Below are positions 41,538 through 54,177 of a DNA stretch of 64,000 bases, piece by piece; the first letter of the stretch is position 1, and every line of letters begins with the position of its first letter. This DNA comes from Octopus sinensis (taxonomy: Eukaryota). The notes under the pieces were generated by a model. It had not been told where the DNA came from, searched no databases, and saw only the letters and a program-made list of their open reading frames with translations. A program made the position numbers and the translations under genes. The stretch lies in contig NC_042999.1 of NCBI RefSeq assembly GCF_006345805.1, positions 128,278,001 through 128,342,000 on the forward strand. Direction: 5' to 3'.

Positions 41538-41702
41538 CAGCCTTTGGAGACGTTGGTGCTGCAGTTAGTGAAGGGAAACAAAACACTAAACTAATGGTGG
41601 ACAGCGATATTGTTATGATTACCAAAGGTTATGATGGAAAGAGAGGTCCTAAAATTAACAATGGGGAAATTGAATTTCTGGACAATAGATTGGTTTTATC
41701 AG
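41538..41702 (+). CDS. Candidate internal exon (phase 1-1, 55 codons), product unknown
   Basis: tacag acceptor, AG|GTAATC donor, open frame with purine-first codon bias; no recognisable homology. Confidence 0.2.
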
Positions 41703-43152
41703 GTAATCAATGAATCTCTCTCAGTTCAGTTACAAATTATTCCCAATAGAATACCATTTTAACCATAGAAATATAACTATTTCCAATAAACTGAAGACTT
41801 AAAGGCTTCATTCCCATCATTTACTGAGAAGGGTTTAACTTTAGTTCTGTAAACAACCAAATTCCTCATTGGTTTCTATCTCAGTCATCAAGTCTTTGTT
41901 TCTTTATAATTTATCACCGGTTCCATTGCCAGGAAAGTGTAAGTGTTGTTGGTAGAAGATAGCTCTGGTTAGCTTCACTCCAGTTATGTGGTATAGGCAT
42001 AAAAAATTTCCTGAAGTATTTGATTTTCATTCCGTATCATTCTTATTTTGGGAATGTTATCCTACAATTTAGGATTTACAAAAGCAATCCTCATTTTACA
42101 GATTGTAGAGAGTATGTTGAAAGAGATAAGCATGTTAAGTCAGTACATAGAAGGCGAATGGCCTAGTGGTTAGGTGTTGCACTCACAATTGCATCAAAGG
42201 ACGATTGATTGATGATAAGAGGTTCCCTCAATTACATATGGAAATCTTTAGTGCAATTACAATAGCACAACTCATGGATTACAAACTAACAATCTTTTAG
42301 TCATTTGGTTGACAAGTTAACCACAAAGCCAATATTTTATATAAGGCTGACAACTTCACAAGCAAAATTTCCTCAAAACTCCCAAAACAGATTTTTCAGT
42401 TTGAGAAGAAACAATTGAATGATCAGTCAGGTATGTGTATAGTTTCTTCACTCATTTGAAGCCCTCTCTCATAGTATCCTATGCTATGCTTCTGAGCTGA
42501 TGCTTGCAGCAAAAAACGTCAACAAGGAGGAAATTTCAAATTGCTGATGCTAAGGTGCAAAGATATGGATAAAAAGCATTTAGAAAAAGGTTTACAATTA
42601 AGCAAAGTAAGGATGACAAGAGTCAGAGAAGGTTTGAATAAAAGTGCTACTCAGAAGATCAGAAGCTGTTGTAGTTTTGGAAAGTTCAAGACAAAGAGCA
42701 TAAACTGCATGTCTATGAATCAGTTATTATGGTGTTACAGGGAGTTAGTCTTTGATGACATTTTTTGTCGTTGATGTGATATAGGATGCTTTAGTGTTGA
42801 GAAGGGCATAAACAACCAAATATGGATAAATTACTATAAGATATACACTAATATAATTTCATTGAAGTAAGTAAAGGTTCTGATAGTATATCAATAATAA
42901 CTATTGAACCTCTCTTGTAAGCAAGGGTTTACTAATATGAATAGAGGGTAAAAAAACAAACAAACCTAATACTAATACATTTTAATACTGAAATAATTTT
43001 ATTTTTGAAAGTGGATGCCACCTACTAAATGCCAGTAACTCTGCTTCTCTTCTCAGTAAACTAGTTTAGGATTATTGTATTAAACTTAAAGCTTGTATGT
43101 GTGGTCTGCTGATTTTGTTTCTGTTGTCCATGATAAATGGTAGAAAGGTAAA

Positions 43153-43483
43153 GACACCTCTTTGATCATGAATGACCATGGGATGCACCTAGAAAATTAC
43201 TCTCTGAGGCACAAGTCTGAGCAAGGTTGTTTATGGAAGACCAGCAGTCACCCATGCATACCAGCCTCCCCTCTCCACACCACTGATGTTGTCCAAGGAA
43301 AAGGCAAACACCAATACAGTTTGGCACCAGTGATGTCGCAACTCATTTCTACAGCTGAGTGAACTGGAGCAACATGAAATAAAGTGTCTTGCTCAAGAAC
43401 ACAACACACAGCCTGGTCTGGGAATTGAACTTACTACCTTATAATTGTGTACCCAGTGATCTAACCACCTAGCCATGTTGTCC
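43153..43483 (-). mobile_element. CORE-like SINE type A, tail Z
   Basis: Paralog of 6124-6395. Confidence 0.75.
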
Positions 43484-44705
43484 ATGATATTAATATAAAA
43501 ATTCAGGCTCTTAATTACTTACAAGATGATTAGTTGACTGATTGCTTGATTGATTATTCCTATAATTCCAAGAGAAATCAGTGAGTTGTTTATTTTTGGC
43601 GTGTTTTGCATAATAGCTAGTTCTTCATCAGGCATTAAAACAAATATCTATAGGGGCAGGAAGTAATCAATGAAATCACATCTGGCATTCTTTGGCACCA
43701 GAGAAGCGAAAAATGAAAGTGACCTTGGCAAGCTTTCAACTAAGAAAATACAGTGATGAAATGAAATACAGCAGGTTCGATGTTCTACCTTTCTCTGTTG
43801 ACTCACTTTGCCTATTTTCTCAATAATAATATGAATAAAGATATACTTTTGTTTTTACTATAGTTCATGGGAATATAACACCCACTAGTTATTTGATACC
43901 TCTAATGCTTATGGTGCTGAACTTGTCTTCCTGGGCAGACTAAGCCATAATGATATATCTTTTACTTATTTCAGTTGTTGGGCTGAGGCCTTGCTGGGGC
44001 ACCACCTTGAAGACTTTTAGTCAAACAAATGTGTGCATATATATATATATATATATATACATATACATATGCATTTGTATGTATATACAATCTAATATAT
44101 ATATAATGAATTTGTGTGTGTGTGTGTGTATTTATGTGTACATCCATGAGTGAATGTCTGTGAGTTTGTTGTTTGCATTTGCAGTCACATATGTTAAAGA
44201 GCACTGGGAAATGTTGCAGCCAGTTTCTGCTATCAACAAATTGTACAGACTCACAATGCTTTCAAAGTCATGTAGATTAGGTGATCCCTTACTTGAAAAA
44301 CAGCTAACAGTTAGTATTACAAAGGGTTTCTTACTGGAAAACAATACCTCAAATAGCATATTCATTCATGAAATAAATAAATATTGCTAGTACCACAATA
44401 AAATATTCCCAGCAAATTCAATTAATTGTAGAGCTGGGAGGACTCCTTTCAACTGTGTATATCTATGTATGTATTTATATATATATATATGTATATATGT
44501 ATATATATAACACCACAACAAAATGTATTCTGTAAAAGTAGTTGGTGTTATGAAGATCATCTAGCCATAAAAAAAAAAAGAAAAACTGAAGGCAATAATT
44601 AAACTTATGGTTGTGATGTTCTTTAATAAGCCTATATACAGGAGCAGAAATAACCAGTAAAATCTATGCCAGCATAGATAAATAAATAAATGCACCCTTT
44701 TAAAG

Positions 44706-44937
44706 CCTAGCCAGGCTCATGGACCCGGTTTCCTGGTTTCTATGGCATATATGTTCCCCAGCTGAATGGGACGTCAATCCATCATAGCATTATTCATTTT
44801 TGCCAGCTGAGTGGACTGGAGCAACGTGAAATGAAGTGTTTTGCTCAAGAACACAACGTGCTGCCTGGTCCAGAAATTGAAACCACAATCTTACGATCAT
44901 GATGCTGACACCCTAACCACTAAGCCATGTGCCTCCA
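44706..44937 (-). mobile_element. CORE-like SINE type A, tail X
   Basis: Reverse complement aligns with 9705-9947. Confidence 0.8.
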
Positions 44938-45409
44938 CACCAGTATAGATAGTGAATGTAAAATGACAAAGTATGATGATGACAATGATGACTGCCTTCC
45001 TTAATGTAAGTTAGGTCCTCATTAACTCAAGAAATGTGTGACTTTCGCAAAGGTCTTCCAAAACGATAAAGCAGCAAAGCACTATTTGAGGGATTCAAAT
45101 GAGTAACTAATAATACATTTGATTCTCTCAAAGTATGGCCAATCAAAATTAATGTTTTTAGACTTTAACTTTGATTGAATGTGTATCAGTTGAGAAAGTC
45201 TACAATCTGGCAATTAACCATCAATTATTTATTCTTTGTACAGAATAAACTCCAGTATGTCTTGTGTAAAACCACACAGCAATAACTAATAGCAGGCTTT
45301 GAACTTGTAACATTTTTTTTTTGTTTTTGTATTTTAACCATGGAACTACCATCTTCAAAATATATGTTAACATTGAAGTAAGAAAATCAAATACAGCACA
45401 ATCAGTAAA

Positions 45410-45447
45410 ATGATGATGATGACAGCAATGATGATGTTGATGTTGCT

Positions 45448-45478
<31 letters not shown>

Positions 45479-45740
45479 TGAAGGAGGTGGAGAATGGTGA
45501 TAATGATGAAAATGATAATGACGATGACAAGGATGATGATGATGATAATGATGATGATGTTGATGATGATGATAACGATGATGACGACAATAATGAAAAT
45601 GATGATGTTGATGATGATAATGATGACAACAACTGACAATGATGACAATGACGACGAGGACAACGATGATGATGGTGGTGATGGTGATGGTGATGATGAT
45701 GACATCTGTGGTTATGATGGTGATATCAACAACAAATGAA
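45410..45740. repeat. Decayed (GAT)n array
   Basis: Direct reading. Confidence 0.9.
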
Positions 45741-46340
45741 AAAAGATACATAATTCATAGAGGATAAATAGCTATGGCTTTGTGATGTTGTTGTTGAAGA
45801 TGATGAGAAGAACCAGTAGTAGTAGTATTAGTAATAGTAGTAGTGAAAGAAGGAGGAAGACATTACGTGTCAAAGTTTTATTGCTACTAGATGAAGAGAT
45901 AGCTACAACATATGGCTGCAAGCCAACCATACAGTTCAATAGATTATATAAAAATACATGCTTCTTGTCCTGGTGTTCAATAGTCTGTCTGTATTTGGTC
46001 CACTGTTTCATGGACAGTGTTATTACTGATGGTATCCATCTCTGATTGACAAGTTGTTGACTACCAATAGAGTAGCATCTTAGTTATGTAACACAAAAAT
46101 GTCCTTAGCTATTCTCTAGTCTTTTGGTCCTGAGTTTTAATACTTTCTTTTCTTCTGGCCCTCTTTTATTGGTTCCACTCATTGAACTGCATGGCCACGC
46201 TAGAAAAACAAATTCCAAGGTTATGACTGATCATATCCAGCCTGGTACTTATTTTATCAAATCTGTTTGTTGAACTACTGAATTGCAAGTCATAAACAAC
46301 AACATAAACCTTTTGACTTTTTTTGTATGCTCAATATTTA

Positions 46341-46695
46341 CAGGTGCATGAGTGGTTGCGTGGTAAAAAGCTTGCTTCCCAACCACATGGTTCCAGGTTC
46401 AGTCCCACTCTGTGGCACCTTGGGCAAGTGTTTTCTACTATAGCCTCAGGCTGACCAAAGCCTTGTGAGGGAAGCTCATCGTATATATATATATATATAC
46501 ATGTCCCACCACCATTGCTTGACAACCAATGTCGGTGTGTTTATGTCCCATATAACTTAGTGGTTTGGCAAAAGATACTGATAGAATAAGTACCAGGCTT
46601 ACAAAGAATAAATCCTGGGGTCAATTTATTTGACTAAAAGGTGGTGTTCCAGCATGGCCACAGTCAAATGACTGAAACAAGTAAAAGAGTAAAAG
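46341..46695 (+). mobile_element. SINE type B
   Basis: Aligns with the reverse complement of 10415-10832. Confidence 0.8.
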
Positions 46696-46794
46696 CATTT
46701 ACTATTTATTTATAGTGTTATCTGCTTCAAGTTAAATTGTTCCAAAAAAGAATATATATATATGTGTTTGTGTATATAAAAAAAAAACGATTTT

Positions 46795-47014
46795 TTCGTG
46801 GCCGTTGCCAGTACTGCTTGACTGGCCCTCATGCCAGTGGCATGTAAAAGCCCCCACTACAGTCTCGGAGTGGTTGGCATTAGGAAGGGCATCCAGCTGT
46901 AGAAATTCTGCTAGATCAAGATTGGATCCTTGTGCAGCCATTTGGTTCACCAGTCCTCAGTCAAATCGTCCAACACATGCTACCATGGAAAGCGGACGTT
47001 AAACAATGATGATG
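46795..47014 (+). mobile_element. Orphan RTE 3' tail
   Basis: gcccccactacagtctcggagtggttggcattaggaagggcatccagctgtagaa...ggacgttaaacaatgatgatg. Confidence 0.8.
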
Positions 47015-47037
47015 AGGGCACAATACATGTATTTAAG

Positions 47038-48160
47038 CACTGCTGATAGTTTCATATGTCGAGAGTTACTCAAATATTCTTCAGGTGAAAACAACATATC
47101 ATAACGAACTAAAAAAATCTAATAATAGAAGAAACAAAAAAAAATGAGAAGGCTGCATACAGAAAACCCAGAAAGTAAAAAAACAGAAGACGAAAAATAC
47201 AAAATTGAAAACAAACACACAAAAACTAAAATGTAAAACATAAAGATTAAAAAAGGTAAAAGAGCTATCCTCCTTAGACCTTACATGATAAGGCTGGAAA
47301 GAAATCAAGTTAGTTAAGAATGGGCAGAATCGTTCAATTCTTCAAAATATATTTATACATATGCATGCAACCACTGAAAATTTCTGACCTGGAGTTCATT
47401 AGATAGTTAGGGATCTTAGATTTGAATTGGGTCTGTGCTCTTTCAGCTAAACAAAGCCTACATTTATTCTGTCCATTCACATTAGGTATGGATTTCTCAA
47501 TTACTTTCCATTTTATCACATGTGGTGTTTCATTATCTTTCAAATTCCATAAATAGCTAGCCAACTTAGTAGCTTTACTTATATCTCTATGTCCGAAGGA
47601 GGCTATGTGATTGGCATAGCAATTTTTAAATTCACTTTCGCATAATCCAATATAGGTCTTCTTATCAGCTGTATTGTTATTTAGGGTTTCAATAACTTCT
47701 GCCTCATATATGATAGATTTAATCATACATCATTGGTCAAGTGGATTGTGACAGTTGCAATTCGATTTAGGATTTTGGTATTGACCATGTGTAATGATAC
47801 TCTTCATAATGGGGCAGCAGCTATATGATAATTTCACAGAATGCCTATTAAATATTTTCCTCTATCTGTGAGTTGCTGGAAAGTGTTTGTCAAGGAAAGA
47901 CAGGAATCTTTTACCTATGTTAGTTTTTATACACAGGGAAAAGGAAGGGGCAAACCAAATACTTTTCCTTGGCCTATTTTTAGGTTTCTTATTATCATTC
48001 TTATTAGTACTAGAGGGATTATGTATTACTTTATCTTTGATGCCACTAGGTTTATAATTAATATTTTGATTATTATTAGAGGGATTATATATTAATTTAT
48101 CTTTGAAGCCACCAGATGGAGTACTTGTTTTGTTGTATTTGCATTCAAGGACAGTACATT
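47038..48160 (-). mobile_element. 5'-truncated Penelope-like element with C-terminal GIY-YIG endonuclease and a 3' hammerhead-like motif
   Basis: One frame with two stops: SGFKDKLIY...IWFAPSFS...KTNIGKRFL...DKHFP*RKIFNRHSVKLSYSC...CNC...TYIG...FK..Y.NH..SF...CRLCLAE...RSEIFSGCMH. Confidence 0.85.
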
Positions 48161-48231
48161 GTGTGTGTGTGTGTGTGTATTGTCTGTAAAAACATAAATC
48201 TAAAAGAAGCACACTCTAAGATATAGAGCAG

Positions 48232-48478
48232 TATATATTAAAAATGGGGAAGGCTGGTTTATGGGATTTCCTTAGGTTTCCCCTTCATAAAAGGTTTAGC
48301 TTTATGGCATATTGTCAGATCCCAAAACCTGATGGTCTAAGGCCTCTTAAGAATATGCTTAAGTGGTCATGAACCAACAGGTTTTGGGATCTGACGATAT
48401 GCCATAAAGCTAAATCCTTTATGGACAGGAAACCTAAGGTAATCCCATAAACCAGCCTTCCCTATTTTTAATATATAT
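48232..48478. mobile_element. Palindromic MITE-like element (~105-bp arms, ~35-bp spacer) in TA context
   Basis: tatattaaaaatggggaaggctggtttatggga... mirrored by ...tcccataaaccagccttccctatttttaatata. Confidence 0.75.
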
Positions 48479-48481
48479 ACA

Positions 48482-48517
<36 letters not shown>

Positions 48518-48670
48518 TGTATGTATGTATGTATGTATGTATGTATGTATGTATGTAGTATGTATGTATGTATATATGTATGTGTGTATGTATACATATA
48601 TGTGTGTGTGTATGTGTGTTAGTGTGTAGATGTATATATAGATGATTGTATACATGTATATGTATGTATG

Positions 48671-48752
<82 letters not shown>

Positions 48753-49550
48753 TCTATGTATATATATACATACATATATTTATATATATATATATATGTA
48801 TATATATATGTATATATATATCATCATGAGAGAGAGAGCAATGAAAAGAGAAATATATATACAGATATGAGTATATGTACATATACGTATATACCACTCA
48901 GTTCCAAATAGCTTATGTCTAACAAATTTCACTTACAAGGCATTTGTTGACCTGAAGTTCCATTGTAGAAGACATCTATTCGAGATGCTGCATGGTTGTG
49001 AAGCAAATTTCCTCACCATACAATAATGCCTGTTTCAATTAATTGTCTAAGTAATCAAGAATTTGAAGGAGTTTTTTTTTTTTTATTTTGTAAAATAACT
49101 AATTTTATATTCATTAAAGATCATTCAACTGATTAAGTAGTAAAGATTCAATCATCAGCATTTTATAATTATTGGCTTACATAATCATAGTTTTCTCTCC
49201 ATATCTTTTCTACTATTACTTTTACCACTCCTCTGAATGAGCTAGCTATTTATATATTTAGATAAGTATATAATGTGGTGATGTATTGACAAAAATAGCG
49301 TTAACTTGTCTAATGTCGTTCAACTTTTCTTAGCTGATCAATGAACTGATTGAGTAAGCAGGTTGATGAATGAACCTATAATGACTATTGGAAACAGATG
49401 TAAGCCAAATTTTCAAAAATAAAGAAATATATAAAGACCATTATTTATACCTTGATCAAGCTGACTTTTGATTGAAAGATTTCCAGTTGTATCTATCTCA
49501 TCTGTTGAATATCTATTACTAGATTACTGTATCTTTTTCAACGATAACAG

Positions 49551-49697
49551 TGGAATTTGGGGGATATTTGACTTCTATTTCAACAAGACTCATTGACTAT
49601 ATAGAAACTTCCTCTTTGGTATATAAAATGAATTCTGGAATACTATTGAGTAAACAAAAAAGTTCTTATATGATGGACATTTTTAACTGCAAAGATG
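49551..49697 (+). CDS. Candidate internal exon (phase 1-1, 49 codons), product unknown
   Basis: tctttttcaacgataacag acceptor, G|GTAAGG donor, open frame EFGGYLTSISTRLIDYIETSSLVYKMNSGILLSKQKSSYMMDIFNCKD. Confidence 0.25.
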
Positions 49698-50569
49698 GTA
49701 AGGAATTTCATCTATCAAACACAGTCAGTTATCACTTGAATGTGACTCTGGCTTGCTAGCATGTACCATGCTTTTGCTAATTGTTCTAGGTACCTACATA
49801 GTTGCATGTAGATATAGACATCCTTTCTTCCTTGTCTTAATGGAACATCTAGGATGTGACAGATGGAGGAAAGCACCTGATAGTACATATATAGTAGGAA
49901 TATTCAGCAATCAGATCACTGCACCTGATGTTGCGATTTGCTAGAATGTTATTCATGTGATAAAAAAATCCAACCAATCACAACTTCACCTAAACACAGA
50001 TACACACACAAGCACTAACACACACACATGCACTAACACACGCACATGCACTAACACACACACATGCACACATATATATTTGATGAACTTCTTTGAATTT
50101 CCATCTACCACTTCTACTCACAAAACTTTGATAGGTTCAGGGCCTTCAGGTGCCATGAAGTGAAACTGAACCAGAAACCAAATGATCAGGAAGCAAGTTT
50201 CATAACTGCACAGCCATGACTGCCTTGCTCAGAGGCACACACATGCTGCATGCTCCATAAATTGAAACCATGCCCTTATGATCATGAGCCTCATACCCGA
50301 GTCATTAGGCCACATACCTTCACCAGCATTCTTATTGGTTACATTGCACTAAGGGGACATCACAGGACTTGGGTTTCAGGTTTTGGGTTGGTTACTATTA
50401 AAACTTTAGGAAGTTATGTTGTAATCAAGGCTGTTGTATGTAATATTTGTTTCAAATTTGGGCATAAGTCCAACAATTGTAAGGACATGAGGTTAGTTGA
50501 TTACATTAGTTCTAATACTTGACTAGTACTTTTTATTTTATTGACCCTGAAGCAATGAAAGGCAAGTTG

Positions 50570-50812
50570 AGGTATGTGGCTTAATGTTTTGAGTGTTGGA
50601 CTCATGATCATAAGATTGTGGTTTTGATTCCTGGACTGGGTGATACATTGTGTTCTTAAGCAAAACACTTCATTTCATGTTATTCCAATCTGCTCAGCTG
50701 ACAAAATTGAATCATCCTGCCACAGACTGGCATCCCATCCAGGTGGATAACATATTCACCATGAAACTGGGAAACTAACCCTTATGAGTCAGTTATGACT
50801 CAAGAAAGAAAC
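50570..50812 (+). mobile_element. CORE-like SINE type A
   Basis: Aligns with 9705-9947. Confidence 0.7.
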
Positions 50813-51780
50813 TTTACCTTAATAAAAGGTAAAGCTGGCTTCAGTGTGATTTGTATTCAAAATATAAAGAGCTGGAACAAAATATCACAAAGGATTTTCT
50901 CTAATGCTCTAATCATTCTGTTAGCTCACTGCCTCGTGTTGCATGTAATATTGATTTCTTTTGAATTGGCATAAAACCAAATATTTGTAAGAGAGATGGG
51001 TAAACAATAATTAAATGAATTGACTCAAGCATTTTGTATGTGTATATCTCAGAAACTCTGTACTCACACTCTCCTTTTCGTACACACACACATACACTCA
51101 CACACACATATATACACATATGTATGTGCATATATATGGATATGTATGTATACACAAACACACACATGTTCTATCACATACACATACACACAAACACACA
51201 TATACAAACTATGTATATATTCTACTCCTTTACTCACTTCAGTCACTTGTGTGTGGCCATGTAGAAGTACAACCAATACAAACATATACACAATGAGGCA
51301 ACATTCCATATGGTCACACATCATGCTAGAAATGACAACCAGATCTCCTGATTACTCTCTACTGTCTTAATGTATATTGTACTTCTGAGTATACAATAAG
51401 ACCAGGATTGAGTAATTATCTCACAGACTTTGGTCCCCTTTCTTTTATATTATTCTTTACCAACTATGTTAATCATGGTTTCTGCAGAGAGAGGATAAAA
51501 ATCTTACTTTTCTTACTTTTCTTTTCTTTCTTCTCATTCCATTCTTTGCATTGACCTTCTTCACATTTATTTCTATTTGTTTTTTTTTGTTTTTTTTTTT
51601 ATTTCATGTTTTCTCATAACCCTGCATCCTGGTTTTTAAATACATCTAACAATTTGAACTGAACCTGAATGATTATTTGGGGATACATAGCATGTCATAT
51701 AAATATGCCAATTTAATATATCATAAAGCATGAAACTATTAGTAGCTCTTTTGTAATTTGTATATGTATATATATATATA

Positions 51781-52288
51781 CTAGCAGTATCGCCCGGCGT
51801 TGCTCGGGTTTGTAAGGGAAATAACTATATAAGCATTTTTAGAGAGTTACTTCCCTTATAAATTCGGGCTTTCTTAGCCATTTTTGTTTTGGTGTCTTCA
51901 AGCCATGAAGTTGTTGTTCTAAAAGAACGCTGGTCTCCTTCACAACGCATTACGACGTTGATTTCTTTACACTCCCTTCCCCACAGCTTCACGAGGGAGG
52001 GAAGAAGGGGAGAAGCAAACAGGTGCAGCTGTGAGCGTGGACGCCAACTCTGCCGCCATCGACACACGATGCATTTTATGCATTAAAATGGAATAAAAAA
52101 TGAAGTTAAATTATTTTTAAAATCGTAGACTCATCGTTGACGCGCGTTAATAGCCAGACGGGCTCGATATTAATCACGACTATAAGATACCCGAATTTGG
52201 TTAAACTGCACCGCAAAATGTGGGAGGAGTTAGGAATCTAAATCGAAGGGGACAGACACTCACACAACTAGAGTTTTATATATATAGA
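51781..52288 (-). mobile_element. Non-autonomous Helitron-like element, copy 1
   Basis: Minus strand starts with TC and ends with CTAG, with a GC hairpin (cccgagcaacgccggg) ~8 nt upstream; inserted at A|T in (TA)n with no TSD. Confidence 0.85.
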
Positions 52289-52296
52289 TATATATA

Positions 52297-52462
52297 TGGG
52301 TATAGGCATGGGTGTGTGATAAGAAGCTTGCTTCCCAACCACATAGTTCCAGGTTCAGTCACACCATGTGGCACCTTGGGCTAATGTCTTCTATTATAGC
52401 CTCAGGCTGACCAAAGCTCTGCGAGTGAATTTGGTAGATGGAAACTGAAAGAAGCCTGTGGT
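52297..52462 (+). mobile_element. 5' half of a type B SINE between the two Helitron-like copies
   Basis: Matches the 5' part of 46341-46695. Confidence 0.75.
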
Positions 52463-52484
52463 ATATATATATATATATATATAA

Positions 52485-52987
52485 CTAGCAGTATCGCCCG
52501 GCGTTGCTCGGGTTTGTAAGGAAATAACTATATAAGCATTTTTAGAGAGTTACTTCCCTTATAAATTCGGGCTTTCTTAGCCATTTTTATTTTGTGTCTT
52601 CAAGCCATGAAGTCGTTCTTCTAAAAGAACGCTGGTTTCCTTCACAACGCATTACGACGTTGATTTCTTTACACTCCCTTCCCCACAGCTTCACGAGGGA
52701 GGGAAGGGGGAGAAGCAACAGGTGCAGCTGTGAGCGTGGACGCCAACTCCGCCGCCATCGACATACGATGCATTTTATGCATTAAAATGGAATAAAAAAT
52801 GATGTTAAATTATTTTTAAAATCGTAGACTCATCGTTGATGCGCGCTAATAGTCAGACGGGCTCGATATGAATCACGACTATAAGATACCCGAATTTGGT
52901 TAAACTGCACCGCAAAATGTGGGAGGAGTTAGGAATCTAAATCGAAGGGGACAGACACTCACACAACTAGAGTTTTATATATATAGA
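52485..52987 (-). mobile_element. Non-autonomous Helitron-like element, copy 2
   Basis: Near-identical to 51781-52288, same termini. Confidence 0.85.
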
Positions 52988-53699
52988 TATATAAGAATTT
53001 TTTGCGTAATGAGATATAAAAAACCATGGCTGTGTAGATATTAGAACATTTATAGATAGCTCTTACAGCTGTTTCCAGAATATTTATTAATTATGTCCCT
53101 TCATTGGAGACAGTGGGATAGGATGGTTAAGTAATAGTTAATTTGGATAGGATACAAAATAGAGAGTGAGGTGGAAGAAAGAAAATAGATGTGAGATATG
53201 TAAGGATATTAAATTTGTAGATCCATTTTTTAGGCAGAATGGTATATATGTAAGATGCCAATGCCTAATGAGTAAAATCTAACAGTATTTAGAATTGGCC
53301 ATTCTAAGTGTAGAGTTTATACACAATGTAAGATTCCAATACCTTATGAGTAAGATCCAACAGTATTTAAAATTGGTCATTCCAAGTACAAAATTTATAA
53401 ATTTATAAATGTATAAGTTCTGTACTTGGAATGACCAATTATAAATACTGCAAGAGAAGGAGTTTGAAAATTAAACCGATGTTGAAAGTGCATTCAAAGA
53501 GTTCATCAGCTCCAGAACTCCAGATTTTTATGTTACCAGAATAAACTAACTTGTAACTCATTGGCAAAAATGTGTTGATTGTAATGGTACTTACTTTGAT
53601 GAATAAAATTTCCCCATTGTTGGAATATATTGTGATGAATTTCATATTTCTAAACATTGCTTACTTTTTACTCAGCCTCAAACATACATGCACACTTAG

Positions 53700-53740
<41 letters not shown>

Positions 53741-53796
53741 GTAACAAGTAATAAAAGGATATGTATATATATATATTATATATATATATATATATA

Positions 53797-54027
53797 TACT
53801 AAGCAATTAAGGGTTTAGCAACGAATTGCCTCACCACACACCGAATTTAGAAATAGCAGTCAAAGAGTTATAGCTATTCTTTCTACTAAAAGGGAGATCT
53901 CAGTAAAAACACAGCTGTGTTTTTACTGAGATCTTTTAGTAGAAAGAATAGCTATAACTCTTTGACTGCTATTTCTAAATTCGGTGTGTGGTGAGGCAAT
54001 TCGTTGCTAAACCCTTAATGCTTAGTA
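53797..54027. repeat. Near-perfect zero-spacer palindrome (~115-bp arms) in (TA)n
   Basis: Centre acag|ctgt at 53914/53915; by eye the arms differ only by two small indels. Confidence 0.9.
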
Positions 54028-54141
54028 TTACTTAAACTTTCCTCGAATGAGGCTTTTACATGCCGAAATCTACTTGGTGTAATTAATGATTATTCCAAGT
54101 TAATTAATTTCACCCTATATTGTTACTATATATATATATAT

Positions 54142-54175
<34 letters not shown>

Positions 54176-54177
54176 AT

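Noticed and set aside
47730-47732. In-frame TGA in the PLE ORF as possible selenocysteine
   Set aside because: It does not fall at an evident Cys position, a TAG also interrupts the frame, and no SECIS was recognised; decay is simpler.
48329-48380. CTGATGG...GAAC in the palindromic MITE spacer
   Set aside because: Both conserved core halves are altered and stem II is unconvincing.
41657-53624. Shared 15-mer aacaatggggaaatt on opposite strands
   Set aside because: A few 15-bp matches are expected by chance in 64 kb, and it does not extend.
54041-54070. cctcgaatgaggc-ttttacat-gccgaaatcta, a plus-strand hammerhead-like motif
   Set aside because: The core does not fit CUGANGA, there is no stem I or III, and the related copy at ~32700 does not keep it.
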